Shown here piece by piece: positions 17,741-30,515 of a stretch of DNA of 64,000 nt. The position numbers and the translations under genes are program-made. The notes under the pieces are model-generated. The model was given only the letters and a program-made list of their open reading frames with translations, had not been told where the DNA came from and made no database searches. Source of the stretch: an uncultured Solirubrobacteraceae bacterium (GTDB lineage: Bacteria > Actinomycetota > Thermoleophilia > Solirubrobacterales > Solirubrobacteraceae); the NCBI GenBank assembly GCA_964588985.1, contig CAZPQW010000009.1, positions 60,459 through 124,458 on the forward strand. Reading direction: 5' to 3'. Every line of letters starts with the position of its first letter. The first letter of the stretch is position 1.

Positions 17741-18599
17741 CCTTGACGCCCCGCGGGCGCTTCTGGCAGCTCTCGCACACGTAGGTCCCGCGCCCCGCCG
17801 CCACCATCTTCACGATCGTCGTCCCGCACGTCCCGCACGGCTCGCCCTCGCGCAGGTGCACCAGGAACTGGTGCTGGAAGGAGCCGCGCACGCCGTCCAC
17901 GTGACGGAAGTCGTCGATCGTCGCCCCGCGCGCGTCGATCCCCGCGCTCAACGCCTCGATCGTCGTCTCGCGCAGCCGCTCCCACTGCGCCAGCGTCAGC
18001 GTCCCCGCCGCGCGCAGCGGATGGATGCCCGCGCGGAACAGCGCCTCGTCCGCGTAGATGTTGCCCACCCCCGCGATCCTGCGCTGATCCAGCAGCAGCG
18101 CCTTGATCGGCATCCGCCGGCCCTTCGCGAGCGCGTGCAGGTGCTCCGCCGTGAACCGCTCGTCGAACGGCTCCAGCCCCAGCCGCGCCGCGAAGAACTC
18201 CTCCATCGCCTCCGAGCCCAGCAGCAGCTCGCCCGTGCCGAACCGCCGCGGGTCCACCAACGCCAGCCTGCGACCGGCGCCCCTCCCCTCGCCCTTGCGC
18301 GCCCCCAGTCGCACACGCACGCGGGTGTGCGCCGGCTCGGGGTCGGGGTCCGCGAGCACCGCGCCCGTCATCCGCAGGTGCTGCGCCAGGTACACGTCGT
18401 CGCTCAGGTGCCACACGAGGTACTTCCCGCGGCGCCCCAGACGCTCCACGCGCCTGCCCTCAAGCGCGTCCTCGAGCTCCGCCGGAGCCAGCGGCCGCGA
18501 CCAGCGTGGGTCGAGGATCTCCACTCGCAACAGGCGCCTGCTCTCCACCAGCGGCGCGAGCTGGCCCCTGATCGTCTCGACCTCCGGCAGCTCGGGCAT
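17682..18599 (-). CDS. mutM: Formamidopyrimidine-DNA glycosylase
   Basis: MPELPEVET, HLRMTG, GVGNIYADE, C-terminal zinc finger. Confidence 0.97.
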   Translation of the reverse strand: MPELPEVETIRGQLAPLVESRRLLRVEILDPRWSRPLAPAELEDALEGRRVERLGRRGKYLVWHLSDDVYLAQHLRMTGAVLADPDPEPAHTRVRVRLGARKGEGRGAGRRLALVDPRRFGTGELLLGSEAMEEFFAARLGLEPFDERFTAEHLHALAKGRRMPIKALLLDQRRIAGVGNIYADEALFRAGIHPLRAAGTLTLAQWERLRETTIEALSAGIDARGATIDDFRHVDGVRGSFQHQFLVHLREGEPCGTCGTTIVKMVAAGRGTYVCESCQKRPRGVKARPRGARPTGRSPRLPGPR

Positions 18600-18610
18600 C
18601 GCCCCGCACG

Positions 18611-19834
18611 CTAGCTCACGAACGCGTCCCCCGGAAGGCCGTCCGCCCTCGACCGCTCCTGCGCCTCACGTCCAGCCAGCCACCGCAGCACGCTCGCGCC
18701 CACGTCAGCCAGCGCCCCGTCGTGGCGAAAGCCGCCCATCCCGCCGGTCGCGCCGGAGCGTCGGCGCGCGAGCATCTCCCCCGTCACCGCCAGCAGCGGC
18801 GCGTACTCGCGCGTGTGGTCCGTCCCCGGGTGCGCCGGGTCCACGCCGTGGTCTGCCGTCACAACCAGCAGGTCGCCCTTGCGCATCTCGTCGAGCATCC
18901 GCCCCACGCGCGCGTCGATCTCCACCAGCGCGCCCGCGAAGCCGCGCACGTCCTTGCGATGCCCATACACCTGGTCCGTCTCGATCAGGTTCGCCATCAC
19001 CAACCCACACTCGAGCTCGACCAGCAGCTCCTCCACGCTGTCGAGCGCCCGCGCGTTCGTCGCGCCCGGGTGGGACTCGCCAACGCCAACCCCCGCGAAC
19101 AGATCGTCGATCTTGCCCACGCCGTGCACCGCCACGCCCGCGTCGCACAGCTCCTCCAGGTAGCTGCGCGACGGCGGCGAGAGCGCGCAGTCGCGCCTGC
19201 CCTCGGTTCGGACGAACGCGCCCTCCTCACCGGTGAACGGCCGCGCTATCACCCTTCCCACCGCGCACTCGCCCGTCATCGCCGCACGCGCCGCCTCGCA
19301 CGCCCTGTACAGCTCATCCACCGGCACACGACCGACGTGCGCCGCCAGCTGCAGCACCGAGTCCTGCGACGTGTAGAGGATCAGCGCGCCCGTGCGCACG
19401 TGCTCCGCGCCGAACTCCTCGATCGCCGCGAGGCCGTTGTCGGGGCGGCTGCAGATCACATCGTGGCCCATCGCGTCCACCAGCCGCGCCAGCACCTCCG
19501 GCGGGAAGCCCTGTGGGAACGTCGGCAGCGGCTGCGCGAGCGACACGCCCATCAGCTCCCAGTGGCCGCTGATCGAGTCCTTGCCCGCCCCCAACGGTCG
19601 CAGGCGGCCGTGGATCGCGGGGTCGTTCGCCGCCGCGACGCCCCGCAGCGGGAGGATCGAGCCGAGGCCGAGCGACTCGAGCGTCGGCAGCTGCAGGCCC
19701 CCCACCGCCTCCGCGACATGCGCGAGCGTGTTCGTGCCCTCGTCGCCATAGCGCGCCGCGTCCGGGAGCGCGCCGACGCCGCACGCGTCGATCACCAGTA
19801 CGAACGCGCGGCGTCCGAGCGGTCCGTCACTCAT
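18611..19834 (-). CDS. deoB: Phosphopentomutase
   Basis: VIDACGVG.LPDA..YGD, GKDSISGHWE, TADHG.DP, TDHTREY. Confidence 0.93.
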   Translation of the reverse strand: MSDGPLGRRAFVLVIDACGVGALPDAARYGDEGTNTLAHVAEAVGGLQLPTLESLGLGSILPLRGVAAANDPAIHGRLRPLGAGKDSISGHWELMGVSLAQPLPTFPQGFPPEVLARLVDAMGHDVICSRPDNGLAAIEEFGAEHVRTGALILYTSQDSVLQLAAHVGRVPVDELYRACEAARAAMTGECAVGRVIARPFTGEEGAFVRTEGRRDCALSPPSRSYLEELCDAGVAVHGVGKIDDLFAGVGVGESHPGATNARALDSVEELLVELECGLVMANLIETDQVYGHRKDVRGFAGALVEIDARVGRMLDEMRKGDLLVVTADHGVDPAHPGTDHTREYAPLLAVTGEMLARRRSGATGGMGGFRHDGALADVGASVLRWLAGREAQERSRADGLPGDAFVS

Positions 19835-19859
19835 CGCTGCCCGTGCCCGCCGTCGCTAC

Positions 19860-20816
19860 TCAACGTGATGTCGCCCGCGGGTGAGCGTTGAAGTACGCGT
19901 CCTTCAGCCGCTCCGCCGAGAGGTGCGTGTAGACCTGCGTCGTAGCGAGGTCCGCGTGGCCGAGCATCTCCTGCAGCGAGCGCAGGTCGCAGCCCCCAGC
20001 GAGCAGGTGCGTCGCGAAGCTGTGGCGCAGCGTGTGCGGGCTCATCCGGTCCTCCAGGCCCGCGCGGCGCGCGTGCCCCTGCACGATCTTGTAGAGCCCC
20101 TGGCGCGTAAGCCCCCCGCCGCGACGGTTCACGAACAGCCGCGACTGCGACCTCTCGCTGAGCAGCTCCGGCCGGCCGCCGCGGCGGTAGGCGACCAATG
20201 CCGTGACCGCCTTGCGCCCGATCGGCACGATCCGCTCCTTCGATCCCTTCCCGCGCGCGCACAGCAGACCCTCCTCGAGGTCCACGTCGCCGATGTCCAG
20301 CCCCACCGCCTCCGACGCGCGCAGCCCGCACGCGTACATCGTCTCCAGCAGCGCCCGGTCGCGCAGCGCGAGCGGCTCGGAGCCCTTGGGCTGTGCGAGC
20401 AGGCGCGCCACGTCGTCGCGGGAGAGCACGTGCGGCAACTTCTGGGGCTTGCGCGGTCCGTGCAGGTCCGCGGTCGGGTCGTGCTCGATCGTGCCGTCGA
20501 GTCGCAGGTGGCGGTAGAAGGAGCGCAGGCACGCGACCTTGCGCGCGAGCGTCGTCGGCGCCACCGGCGGGTGTTCCTCGCTGCCCGCCGCGAGCTCTGA
20601 GAGGAACGCCGCGAGGTCTCCGTGGGTGGACGCCCGCACGGTCATATCGTGGCGGTCGAGGAACTCGCCGAACTGCAGCAGGTCGCAGCGGTAGGCGGAG
20701 AGCGTGTTGCGCGACAGGCCCCGCTCCAGCTCCAGGTAGGCGAGGAAGTCGAGGATCAGCGGCGCTATCCCCACCGGCGTCGGCTTCGGCGGGGCGATCA
20801 CTGCGGCGGTGCTCAT
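19860..20816 (-). CDS. xerD: Site-specific tyrosine recombinase XerD
   Basis: ERGLSRNT, GLRASE, GKGSKER, SPHTLRHSFATHLL, LGHAD..TTQVYTH; start MSTAAVI. Confidence 0.9.
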   Translation of the reverse strand: MSTAAVIAPPKPTPVGIAPLILDFLAYLELERGLSRNTLSAYRCDLLQFGEFLDRHDMTVRASTHGDLAAFLSELAAGSEEHPPVAPTTLARKVACLRSFYRHLRLDGTIEHDPTADLHGPRKPQKLPHVLSRDDVARLLAQPKGSEPLALRDRALLETMYACGLRASEAVGLDIGDVDLEEGLLCARGKGSKERIVPIGRKAVTALVAYRRGGRPELLSERSQSRLFVNRRGGGLTRQGLYKIVQGHARRAGLEDRMSPHTLRHSFATHLLAGGCDLRSLQEMLGHADLATTQVYTHLSAERLKDAYFNAHPRATSR

Positions 20817-22009
20817 TCCTCCAGCTTCGCCTCCGCGGCGAGTGCTCCCTGCCGGTGCAACGCCCCGTTCAGTTGCGCGAGCGCTCCCCCGCCCGCCAGG
20901 GCGGCGCCGAAGAACAGCGGATCCTCTCCTAGCCCGCGCCCCATCGTCACCGTCGAGAGGCCGCTCGTCGCGTACGCCGGCAGGTCCACCGCCGCGCGGC
21001 GCCAGTCGTGGCGGGTGATGCGCACCGGGCGCGGCACGTCGAGCGCGAGCGCCGGACGCCCGGGCATCGAGCCGCCGAACACCGCGCCGAGCCCAGCGCG
21101 CAGGTCCGCGCCCACGGGCGAGCGCATCCCGGCGGGCAGCGCCACGGTGACGGGCTCGAGCAGCAGGTCGAGGACGGTGAGCGTGTGGTGTGAGATCCCG
21201 CGGTGGCGGGTGCGGTCGTCGCTCGAGGACATCCGCGCGACGAGCAGCGTAGGGCAGCCGAGCGCGAGCGCCACGTGCGCGGAGTCCAGCGCCACCATCC
21301 CGCCGTGCCCGAGCGCCGAGCTCGACCCCACTATCCCCGGCCCCGGGCCGCACACCACCGCGTCCCAGCCGAGGGTGTGCAGGCCATGGTGGATCGCGCC
21401 CGCGGTCGAGATCGCCTCGAGCTCGCCGCCGAACGCCGCGCCAGCGGTGATGTGGCCGGCGAGCAGGCCGCGCTCGCGCAGCGCGCGCACCGTGCGCGAG
21501 TGCCCGCCGGGTAGCGCCCCGCCGGCGGTCTGCACGTAGCCGAGCCTGCCCTCGGGCGCGCTCTGCGCGTATGCCCACGCGACCGGCGCTAGCTGGCCGT
21601 GCAGCGCGAGCACCGCCACCGGCCGTTCGAGCGGCACCTCCAGCAGCCCGTCGTCGACCGGCTCGACCGTGTGCTGAAGGCTCGTGTAGTTGAGCTTCAT
21701 CACGTTCGCCGCTTCGCTGCCCTCGCCGTCGAGGCCGCGGGTGAGGTTCACGTGCACCACGTCGAAGCCACCCGAGCCGAGCCCCAGGTCGAGCGCCTGC
21801 ACGTTCACGATCACTTCGTCGCCCGCCTCCGAGCGACCCACGAGCGACACGTCCGCGATCGCCGCGCGGGGCGCGTCGTCGGCGTTGTCATCCGTCAATT
21901 TGATCCGCAGCGTCTGCTCGGGTCCATCGCCCGCGTGGGCGTCGAGGACCGTGAGCTGCGTGTCGGGGTCCTCGACGTCGAGGACGATCGCTGGGCGGAG
22001 CTTCAACAT
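20813..22009 (-). CDS. DUF3866 family protein
   Basis: LGLGSGGFDVV, MKLNYTSLQ, GPGPGIVG, RHRGISHHT. Confidence 0.8.
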   Translation of the reverse strand: MLKLRPAIVLDVEDPDTQLTVLDAHAGDGPEQTLRIKLTDDNADDAPRAAIADVSLVGRSEAGDEVIVNVQALDLGLGSGGFDVVHVNLTRGLDGEGSEAANVMKLNYTSLQHTVEPVDDGLLEVPLERPVAVLALHGQLAPVAWAYAQSAPEGRLGYVQTAGGALPGGHSRTVRALRERGLLAGHITAGAAFGGELEAISTAGAIHHGLHTLGWDAVVCGPGPGIVGSSSALGHGGMVALDSAHVALALGCPTLLVARMSSSDDRTRHRGISHHTLTVLDLLLEPVTVALPAGMRSPVGADLRAGLGAVFGGSMPGRPALALDVPRPVRITRHDWRRAAVDLPAYATSGLSTVTMGRGLGEDPLFFGAALAGGGALAQLNGALHRQGALAAEAKLEE

Positions 22010-22022
22010 TCGGGGCTGGAAG

Positions 22023-23245
22023 CTACAGGGCCGCGTCCGGCGAAAGCGCCGCCGCCTCGTCCAGCAGCGCGAGCGCCACGTCGAGCATCTCCTCGAGCGC
22101 GGCCACGCTCACGCGCTCGCCCGGCTCGTGGTTGCGCTCGGTGCCGTTCGCGAGGTTCACGGTCTGGAATCCCTTTGTCAGCAGCGCGTTCGCGTCCGAG
22201 CCGCCGCCGCTGGAGATCGCCACGGGCTCGTGCCCGCAGGAGCGCAGCGCCGCCCGCGCGACCGTCACCGCGGGGTCGCGCTCGGACAGGGCGAAGCCCG
22301 AGAACGTCCGCTCGACGCTCACGTCCACGTCGCACGAGCACTCCGGCAGGTTCGCCGCCTCGTGCACTCGGTCGACGATCTCCGCAACCAGATCCTCCGC
22401 GCGCGCGTCGTCGGGGCCGCGCACCTCCCCGAGCAGCGTGCAGTGTTCGGGCACCACGTTCATAGCGGTGCCGCCCGCGATCGTGCCCACGTTCACGGTG
22501 CTCGTCTCGTCGATCCGCCCGTGGCGCATCGAGGCGATCGCGTGCGCCGCCGCGAGGATCGCGCTGTGGCCCTCCTCGGGGCGGATGCCCGCGTGCGCGG
22601 CCGCCCCGCGGAAGCTCGCCTCGACACGGAAGTGGGTCGGCGAGCGCATCACGACCTCGCCGATCGGCGAGGCGTGGTCGAACACGTAGCCGAAGTCGCT
22701 CTGCAGCCGGGTGGCGTCGAACACGCGTGAGCCCGCGAGCGCGATCTCCTCGCCGACCGTGAACAGCAGCTCCACGTCGACCGGCGCGCCCTGCTGTCGG
22801 ACGTGGCGCGCGAGCGCGAGCATCACCGCCACCGCCGCCTTGTTGTCCGCGCCGAGGATGCCTTCGTTCGCGTTCTCCCAGCCGCCGTCCACGAGCACCG
22901 GCTCGACAGGCGCCTGCAGCGGCACCGTGTCGAGGTGCGCGCACAGCAGGATCGAGCGGCGCTCGGCGCCCACGGATTCCTCGAACGAGGCCTGTCCGCC
23001 GGCGGGCACGCGCGCAAGCAGGTTGCCGCAGTCAGACCCGATCAGCGCACCCGCGCCGTCCTCCTCGACTGCCACGCCGAGCGCTCGCAGCTCCGCGATC
23101 ACCCGCTGTGCGCACTCGCGCTCGCGGCCCGAGGGGCTCTCGATCCGGCACAGCTCGGCGAACGTCCCATTCAAGTATCGATGCTCACGTAGTCCCCGAA
23201 GGGGGAGCGTCCCGACCCTGCTGGTGGACGCTCCCGCGCCGGCGC

Positions 23246-23249
<4 letters not shown>
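22023..23249 (-). CDS. M20/M25/M40 family metallopeptidase (peptidase T-like)
   Basis: AHLDTV, LGADNKA, GEEI, GGGSDAN; GTG start overlaps the pyrG stop. Confidence 0.88.
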
Positions 23250-25026
<1,777 letters not shown>

Positions 25027-25030
<4 letters not shown>

Positions 25031-25887
25031 GAGGGCCTGCCCCAGGAGTCTAGTGCCCGCAGCCACGGAGTCCTTTCCACGAGTGTGGAGATCGAGCGCA
25101 GCTCGCCGTAGATCGTGATCAGCGCTAGCGATGCGAGCGCCACGAGCTGCCCCGTCCCGGACAGGCTGAGCACCAGCCACAGGCCCGCGAGCGCTCCGAG
25201 CAGGTTCGCGCCGGTGTCGCCGAGCATCGCCCGCTCGCGCACGTCGTACGCGCCCGCGACGAGCGCGGGAGCGGCGAACAGGCCGAGCGCCCACAGCGGG
25301 CGCAGTTCCCCGGAGCCGATCGTCAGGCCCGCCCCGAGCGCCACGAACACCTTGATCGCGCGTCCGGGGCGCAGGTCGAGCAGGTTGAACACGTTCGTCG
25401 CGAGCACAAGGACGCCGGCTGCCAACAGCCAGCGGCCGTCAGAGAGGTCCAGGTAGGACATCGCCAGCAGCGCGAGTCCGAGCGACCCGGCGGCCTTGAG
25501 CACGCCCGTGGTGAGCTCGCCGCGCAGCAGCGCCGCGCCGTGCCCGCGCCAGCCGCGTTGGGCGCCCGCATCCCGCTTCTCCGCGTCCGTTGGCGCTTCG
25601 CGCGCGAGCGTGTCGTCGACGAGCCCCAGCGCGAGCACCCCGAGCGCGTACACCGCGATCGGCAGCGCGACGGGGTAGAAGACCGCGGTCGACGCGAGCC
25701 GCTGCACGAGCATCAGCGGGATCAGCGCCAGCAGCGCGGCGGCGAGCGCGAGCGCCCCGAACGCGTAGGGCAGCCGGCGCTCGCGATAGTTCGGGCGGGT
25801 GTGCCCGGCCTCGCTCAGCGCGCGCAGGAGCGCCGGCGCGAGGACGGCGGCGCTGAGCAGCGCGAGCAGGAACGGCAGGGCGTGCAT
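25027..25887 (-). CDS. MraY/GT4-like membrane protein
   Basis: [29 protein letters not shown]; multiple TM segments. Confidence 0.75.
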
Positions 25888-25931
25888 CCGTGCAAGCTAG
25901 CGCCGCGAGCGGACGCGGCCGTGGGTGTCGA

Positions 25932-26819
25932 TCAGGGCGCCGTGGCGGTCGCGGTGAGGCTCGGCAGCAGCGAATCGGCGGTCGACTTGACCCCGAACGT
26001 GCCGCGGTCTCCCGCGAGCGCGTACGCGAGCGCGGTGCGCCCCGCGAGCGTGTCGAGATCGTCGACGCTCGAGATCGCCTTGCCTCGATACCACGATACC
26101 TGCGACGGTTCTGTGCCGGTCAGCTCGACCCCGACCGCGGGCACGCCGACGGCGCCGATGCCCGCGAGCAGCCCTGAGTCGAACGCGCTCGAGACTTCGC
26201 TCGCTTCGGCGCTCATGTCGGTCGGCTCGGCGCGCATCACCACGACCCCTTCGAGGCGCGTGAGCTGCCCGTCGAACGCGCTCAGCAGGCTCGAGCGCAC
26301 CCGGCTGAAGAGCTCTTTCGTGACGAGCTGCCCGCCGCTCACGAGCTGTCGTCCCATCAGTTCTCCGAACCGTCCCACCAGGGGCGTGTTGCCGGTGAGC
26401 GGCGCGTAGTGCGTGCCGGCAGCCTGACGGTCGAGGCCGCTCAGGTCGAGCGGCTCCCTGATCGCGACGACCGTCGTCACCTCGCCGCCCGCCTGCGAGA
26501 TCGCGGTGCGCGCGAGCGAGTTGATCTGGTCGGAGGTGCCACCGAGGAACACGAGGCCGATGGAGCGCCCGGCGAGCAGTTCGTGCACCGCGAGCGGGTA
26601 CAGGCCGCCCGAGAACGATTCCTCTTCGGAGAGGCGGCTCTGCTGGGTCGAGAGCTGGTGGTGGGCTTCGTTGACTTCCGATTTGAGGTTGGCGACGATG
26701 CCGTCCTTGGCCGAGGACACGAGGTTGGAGTCGCCGATCGCCACGCCGATCAGGATCCCGAGCGCGAGCGCGAACAGGACCGCTGCGAGGGAGAGCGCGT
26801 GGTAGCGGAAGTCGAACAT
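25932..26819 (-). CDS. MctB/DUF3186 (SteB-like) protein
   Basis: MFDFRYHALSLAAVLFALALGILIG N-terminus and ISSVDD near the C-terminus; adjacent to steA. Confidence 0.8.
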   Translation of the reverse strand: MFDFRYHALSLAAVLFALALGILIGVAIGDSNLVSSAKDGIVANLKSEVNEAHHQLSTQQSRLSEEESFSGGLYPLAVHELLAGRSIGLVFLGGTSDQINSLARTAISQAGGEVTTVVAIREPLDLSGLDRQAAGTHYAPLTGNTPLVGRFGELMGRQLVSGGQLVTKELFSRVRSSLLSAFDGQLTRLEGVVVMRAEPTDMSAEASEVSSAFDSGLLAGIGAVGVPAVGVELTGTEPSQVSWYRGKAISSVDDLDTLAGRTALAYALAGDRGTFGVKSTADSLLPSLTATATAP

Positions 26820-26847
26820 TGCGGGGTGTGCTCGGGTGTCGGTGGCT

Positions 26848-28089
26848 TCAGACGGCGGCGGGCATTGCGGCGAGCAGCTTCAGCTTCAGCCACAGCAGTT
26901 CGGCCACGTCGCGCAGCGCGGGCGTCAGCCCGACGACGGCGATCATCGCGATCAGGCCGGCGGCGATCACGACGAGCAGCGGCGTGAGCCCGGGGCGTGG
27001 TTGGTAGAGGTGCCTGACGCCCTTCGCGTCCACGAGGATCTCGCCGATGCGCAGGCGCGTGAGGAACGTGGAGGACATGCCTTTGCGGTTGCGGTCGAGG
27101 AACTCGACGAGGTTGAACTGCGACCCCACGGAGACGATCAGGCGGGCGCCCTTCTCCGCGGCGATCAGCATCGCGACGTCCTGGCTGGTGCCTGGCGCGG
27201 GCACGAGCTTGAACGGCAGTTCCATCTCTTCCAGACGGTGGCGGCCGGGGGCCCTGCCGTCGGGGTAGGAGTGCACTACGAGCTCCGCGCCGCAGCGCAG
27301 CGCGGCCTCTCCGGCGGAGTCCATGTCGCCGACGATCATGCTCGGGGTGAGTCCCTCCTCGAGCAGCGCGTCCGCGCCGCCGTCGACCGCGACGATCACG
27401 GGGCGCATGTCGCGGATGAACGGTTTGAGCGCGCGCAGGTCGCGCTGGTGGCCGACGCCGCGGACGACCACGAGCGTGGAGCGGTCGCGGAAGTCGGTCG
27501 CGAAGCGCGGCAGCGCGATCCTGCCGGCGAGCAGCTCGCGCTCCTCGCGCATGTGCTCGATCGTGTTGTGCGCGAAGCGCTCGAGCGCCTCGCCGATCTC
27601 CGCGCGCCTGGCCTCGGTGTCGGCGCGCACGCGCTCGAGGTCGAGCACCTCCCCACGCGCGAGCACTATTCCCCTGCGCAGGACCTCCGCGACGCGAGGC
27701 CCCTCCTCGCCGGATGGCACGGTGCGCACGACGAGCGGATCGCCGTCTGAGATCTGCTTGAAGAGCAGGTCGTCGGGGAGGTCCACGAGCACGATGCCCG
27801 CTTCGACGAGCAGCTGTGGGCCGAGATTCGGGTAGGTGCCGCTGGAGGAGGCTTTGCAGTTGAGGACCGCGACGGCGCCCGCCAGGACGAGCTCCTCGGC
27901 GGAGACGCGGTCGATGTCGAGATGGTCGATCAGCGCGATGTCGCCGCGGATCAGTTTCTTGACGAGCAGCTTCGTGCGACGGCCCGGCCGAACGGGACCG
28001 GCGACCGTGCGGCCCGGGGTGGGCTCCTCAGGTGAGAGCGGGCTCCCCGCCGGCAACCCGCGCGGAGGGCTTGATCGCGTTGCGGCCAC
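26848..28089 (-). CDS. steA: SteA-like cytokinetic ring protein (thiamine pyrophosphokinase-like)
   Basis: RTK.LVK, IDHLDIDR, YPNLGP, VDGGADAL, MSSTFLTRL; lies downstream of recN. Confidence 0.8.
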   Translation of the reverse strand: MAATRSSPPRGLPAGSPLSPEEPTPGRTVAGPVRPGRRTKLLVKKLIRGDIALIDHLDIDRVSAEELVLAGAVAVLNCKASSSGTYPNLGPQLLVEAGIVLVDLPDDLLFKQISDGDPLVVRTVPSGEEGPRVAEVLRRGIVLARGEVLDLERVRADTEARRAEIGEALERFAHNTIEHMREERELLAGRIALPRFATDFRDRSTLVVVRGVGHQRDLRALKPFIRDMRPVIVAVDGGADALLEEGLTPSMIVGDMDSAGEAALRCGAELVVHSYPDGRAPGRHRLEEMELPFKLVPAPGTSQDVAMLIAAEKGARLIVSVGSQFNLVEFLDRNRKGMSSTFLTRLRIGEILVDAKGVRHLYQPRPGLTPLLVVIAAGLIAMIAVVGLTPALRDVAELLWLKLKLLAAMPAAV

Positions 28090-28138
28090 TACAGCGAGAG
28101 TAACGCCAGCGGGCTTGAAACGCTCTTTCTACAAGCCC

Positions 28139-29851
28139 TCAGGCGGCGCGGCGCAGGTCCCGCGCGTGCCGCCGCGCGGTGCTGTCGTCGCTGTCGGCGC
28201 CGAGCATGCGCACCAGCTCGGAGACGACCTCGCCCTCGCCGAGCTGCACCACGGTGGTGAGCGTCGGTTCGGCGGAGGTGTCCTTGACGATCGAGAAGTG
28301 GCGCGCGCCGAGCGATGCGATCTGCGGCAGGTGGGTGATGCACAGCACCTGCCTGCGCTCCCCCAGCTCGCGCAGCCTCGCTCCCACCGCCTTTGCGGTG
28401 TGCCCGCCGATCCCGGCGTCGACCTCGTCGAAGACGAGCGTCGCGTCGGCGGCGGACGCGTTCGCGACGCTCATGATCGCGAGCATCACCCGCGAGAGCT
28501 CCCCGCCGGAGGCGATGTCGCGCAGCGGCCCCGCCGGCACGCCGGGGTTGGGTGCGATCAGGAACTCGACCGTGTCGGCGCCCGCCGGTCCCGGGTCGCG
28601 CTCGCCGAGCGACACCTGGAACGTGGCGTCGCCCATCGCGAGCGACGCGAGCTGCTCGCCGACGCTCTTGGCGAAGCCCTTGGCGGCCTTCGCGCGCGCG
28701 CGGCGGAGCGTTGCGACGTGGCCGGCGAGCGCCGCGCGAGCCCGATCGAGCTGCTCGGTCGCGTCGGCGAGCGCCACCTCCGCGCCCTCCAGTTCCTCGT
28801 GGCGTGCTCGCGCGCGCTCGCCGTATTCGAGCGCCGCCTGGATGCTGCCGCCGTGCTTGCGCGCAACTCGCTCGATCGCCGCGAGTCGTTCTTCGAGCGC
28901 GTCGAGCGTCACCTCCTCGCCAAGCTGGGCAAACGACCCCTGCAGCCCGTGCGTGCCGGCGGTCTCGCAGTAGTCGCGCAACCCGGCCGCGAGGTCCTCG
29001 GACTCGATCACGAGCGCACGGACCCTCTCTGTGAGCGCGTCGAGCGCCGCGTCGACGCCGACGAGCGCGTCCAGCTGGGAGACCGCGCCGGCCAAAGCCT
29101 GCGCGGCGCCGGGGCCGTCGGGATCAGAGCTTCCGCCGGCGTCCGCGGCGAGCGCCCCGGCCGCCGCGCCGGCCGCGGAGCGCAGCGCGTCCATTCGTCG
29201 CATCCGCTCACGAGCGCCGAGCATCTCCTCGTGTTCGCTCTCGTCCAGCGCCAGCTCGTCGATCTCCCCCAGCTCGTACTGGAGCAGGTCGATCTCGCGC
29301 TCGCGCTGGGCGGAGAGCTCGTTCAGCTCCCGCAGGCGCTGCTCCAGGCGCCGTGTCTCGGCGAACGCCGCCGCGCACGCCTTCAGGTTCTCCGCGTGGG
29401 GCTCGCCGCAGAGGCCGTCGAGGATCTGCAGCTGCGCGGCGGCGAGCGTGAGCTTGCGGTGCTCGTGCTGGCCGTAGAAGGAGAGCAGCGTCGCGCCGAG
29501 GTCGCGCAGGTCCGCGACGCTCGCCGAGCGTCCGTTGAGGTACGCGCGGGTGCGTCCGTCCGCCCCCACGCGGCGTGCGAGGACGATCTCCTCCGCGTCG
29601 GGGCTGACGCGCTCGCCGAGCTCCTCGCGGACGTGCTCGGGCAGGTCGAAGATCCCCTCGACGTAGGCCTCGCCGGCTCCGGGACGCACGATTCCCGCGC
29701 GGGCGCGGCCTCCGAGCAGCAGGTCGAGGGCGTGCGCGAGCACCGTCTTGCCCGCCCCCGTCTCCCCGGTGAGCACGTTCAGTCCGGGCGCGAGGCGCAG
29801 CTGCGCCTGCTCGATCAGCAGGAGGTTCTCGACGCGTAGCTCTTGAAGCAC
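28139..29851 (-). CDS. recN: DNA repair protein RecN
   Basis: TGETGAGKT, ASGGELSR, FDEVDAGIGG, ITHLPQIA; true start GTG 29851 (VLQELRVEN). Confidence 0.95.
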   Translation of the reverse strand: MLQELRVENLLLIEQAQLRLAPGLNVLTGETGAGKTVLAHALDLLLGGRARAGIVRPGAGEAYVEGIFDLPEHVREELGERVSPDAEEIVLARRVGADGRTRAYLNGRSASVADLRDLGATLLSFYGQHEHRKLTLAAAQLQILDGLCGEPHAENLKACAAAFAETRRLEQRLRELNELSAQREREIDLLQYELGEIDELALDESEHEEMLGARERMRRMDALRSAAGAAAGALAADAGGSSDPDGPGAAQALAGAVSQLDALVGVDAALDALTERVRALVIESEDLAAGLRDYCETAGTHGLQGSFAQLGEEVTLDALEERLAAIERVARKHGGSIQAALEYGERARARHEELEGAEVALADATEQLDRARAALAGHVATLRRARAKAAKGFAKSVGEQLASLAMGDATFQVSLGERDPGPAGADTVEFLIAPNPGVPAGPLRDIASGGELSRVMLAIMSVANASAADATLVFDEVDAGIGGHTAKAVGARLRELGERRQVLCITHLPQIASLGARHFSIVKDTSAEPTLTTVVQLGEGEVVSELVRMLGADSDDSTARRHARDLRRAA

Positions 29852-29987
29852 GCGCCAGGTGTACCAGCGGACGGGGACGGACCGCTCGCGTGCAGCTGTT
29901 TCAATCAGCCCCTCGGGGGCGTAACCTGTGTGTCGCGCTCGAAAAGGACGAACACATGGGCGTACGTAAACTCCTCCGCTAAACGGC

Positions 29988-30506
29988 ATGGCTGCCAGCG
30001 ACCCACATCCGCTCTCCGACCGCCCCTCACGGGAGGCGCCCGAGTGCCTGCCCGCGCAGGCGCTGCTCGTGCGCCTGGACGAGGAGATCCACCGCGCCGA
30101 GCGCCACGGCACGCGCTTGAGCTGCCTGCTGGTGGCGATCGACGAGCTCGATGAGATGGCGCCGGCGCAGAGCGAGGAGCTGCGCGAGCAGACCCTCGCG
30201 TACGTCTCCTCCGCGCTCGGCCGCGAGCTGCGCCGCTTCGACCGGGTCGGGCGCCCGAGCGAGCGCGAGCTGGCGATCGTGCTGCCGGGGGCGGACGGGC
30301 CGCAGGGCGAGATCGTCGCGCGCCGCGTGCTCGAGAGACTGCGCACGATCAAGGTGGAAGTACACGGCGAGCGCATCGCGCTGACTGTGTCGGTGGGGCT
30401 GGCCGCGTGGCGGGAGGGCACGGACGCAGAGGAGCTGCTGCGGCGCACGCGTGCCGCGGCGCACCTGGGGCACGGCGAGGAGCTCACGCCCCTCGCGCCT
30501 TCATAA
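29988..30506 (+). CDS. Degenerate GGDEF-domain protein
   Basis: RLDEEIHRAERHG..LSCLLVAID and TVSVGLA fold motifs, but RPSERE in place of RxGGDEF. Confidence 0.75.
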   Translation: MAASDPHPLSDRPSREAPECLPAQALLVRLDEEIHRAERHGTRLSCLLVAIDELDEMAPAQSEELREQTLAYVSSALGRELRRFDRVGRPSERELAIVLPGADGPQGEIVARRVLERLRTIKVEVHGERIALTVSVGLAAWREGTDAEELLRRTRAAAHLGHGEELTPLAPS

Positions 30507-30515
30507 TCCCTTCCA

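Noticed and set aside
19860-20816. Tyrosine recombinase as a mobile-element integrase
   Set aside because: XerD-type sequence in its usual housekeeping context, with no att sites or cargo
29949-29962. CGAACACATGGGCG as an SOS box upstream of recN
   Set aside because: Right half-site has two mismatches and it lies about 100 nt from the recN start; too weak to call
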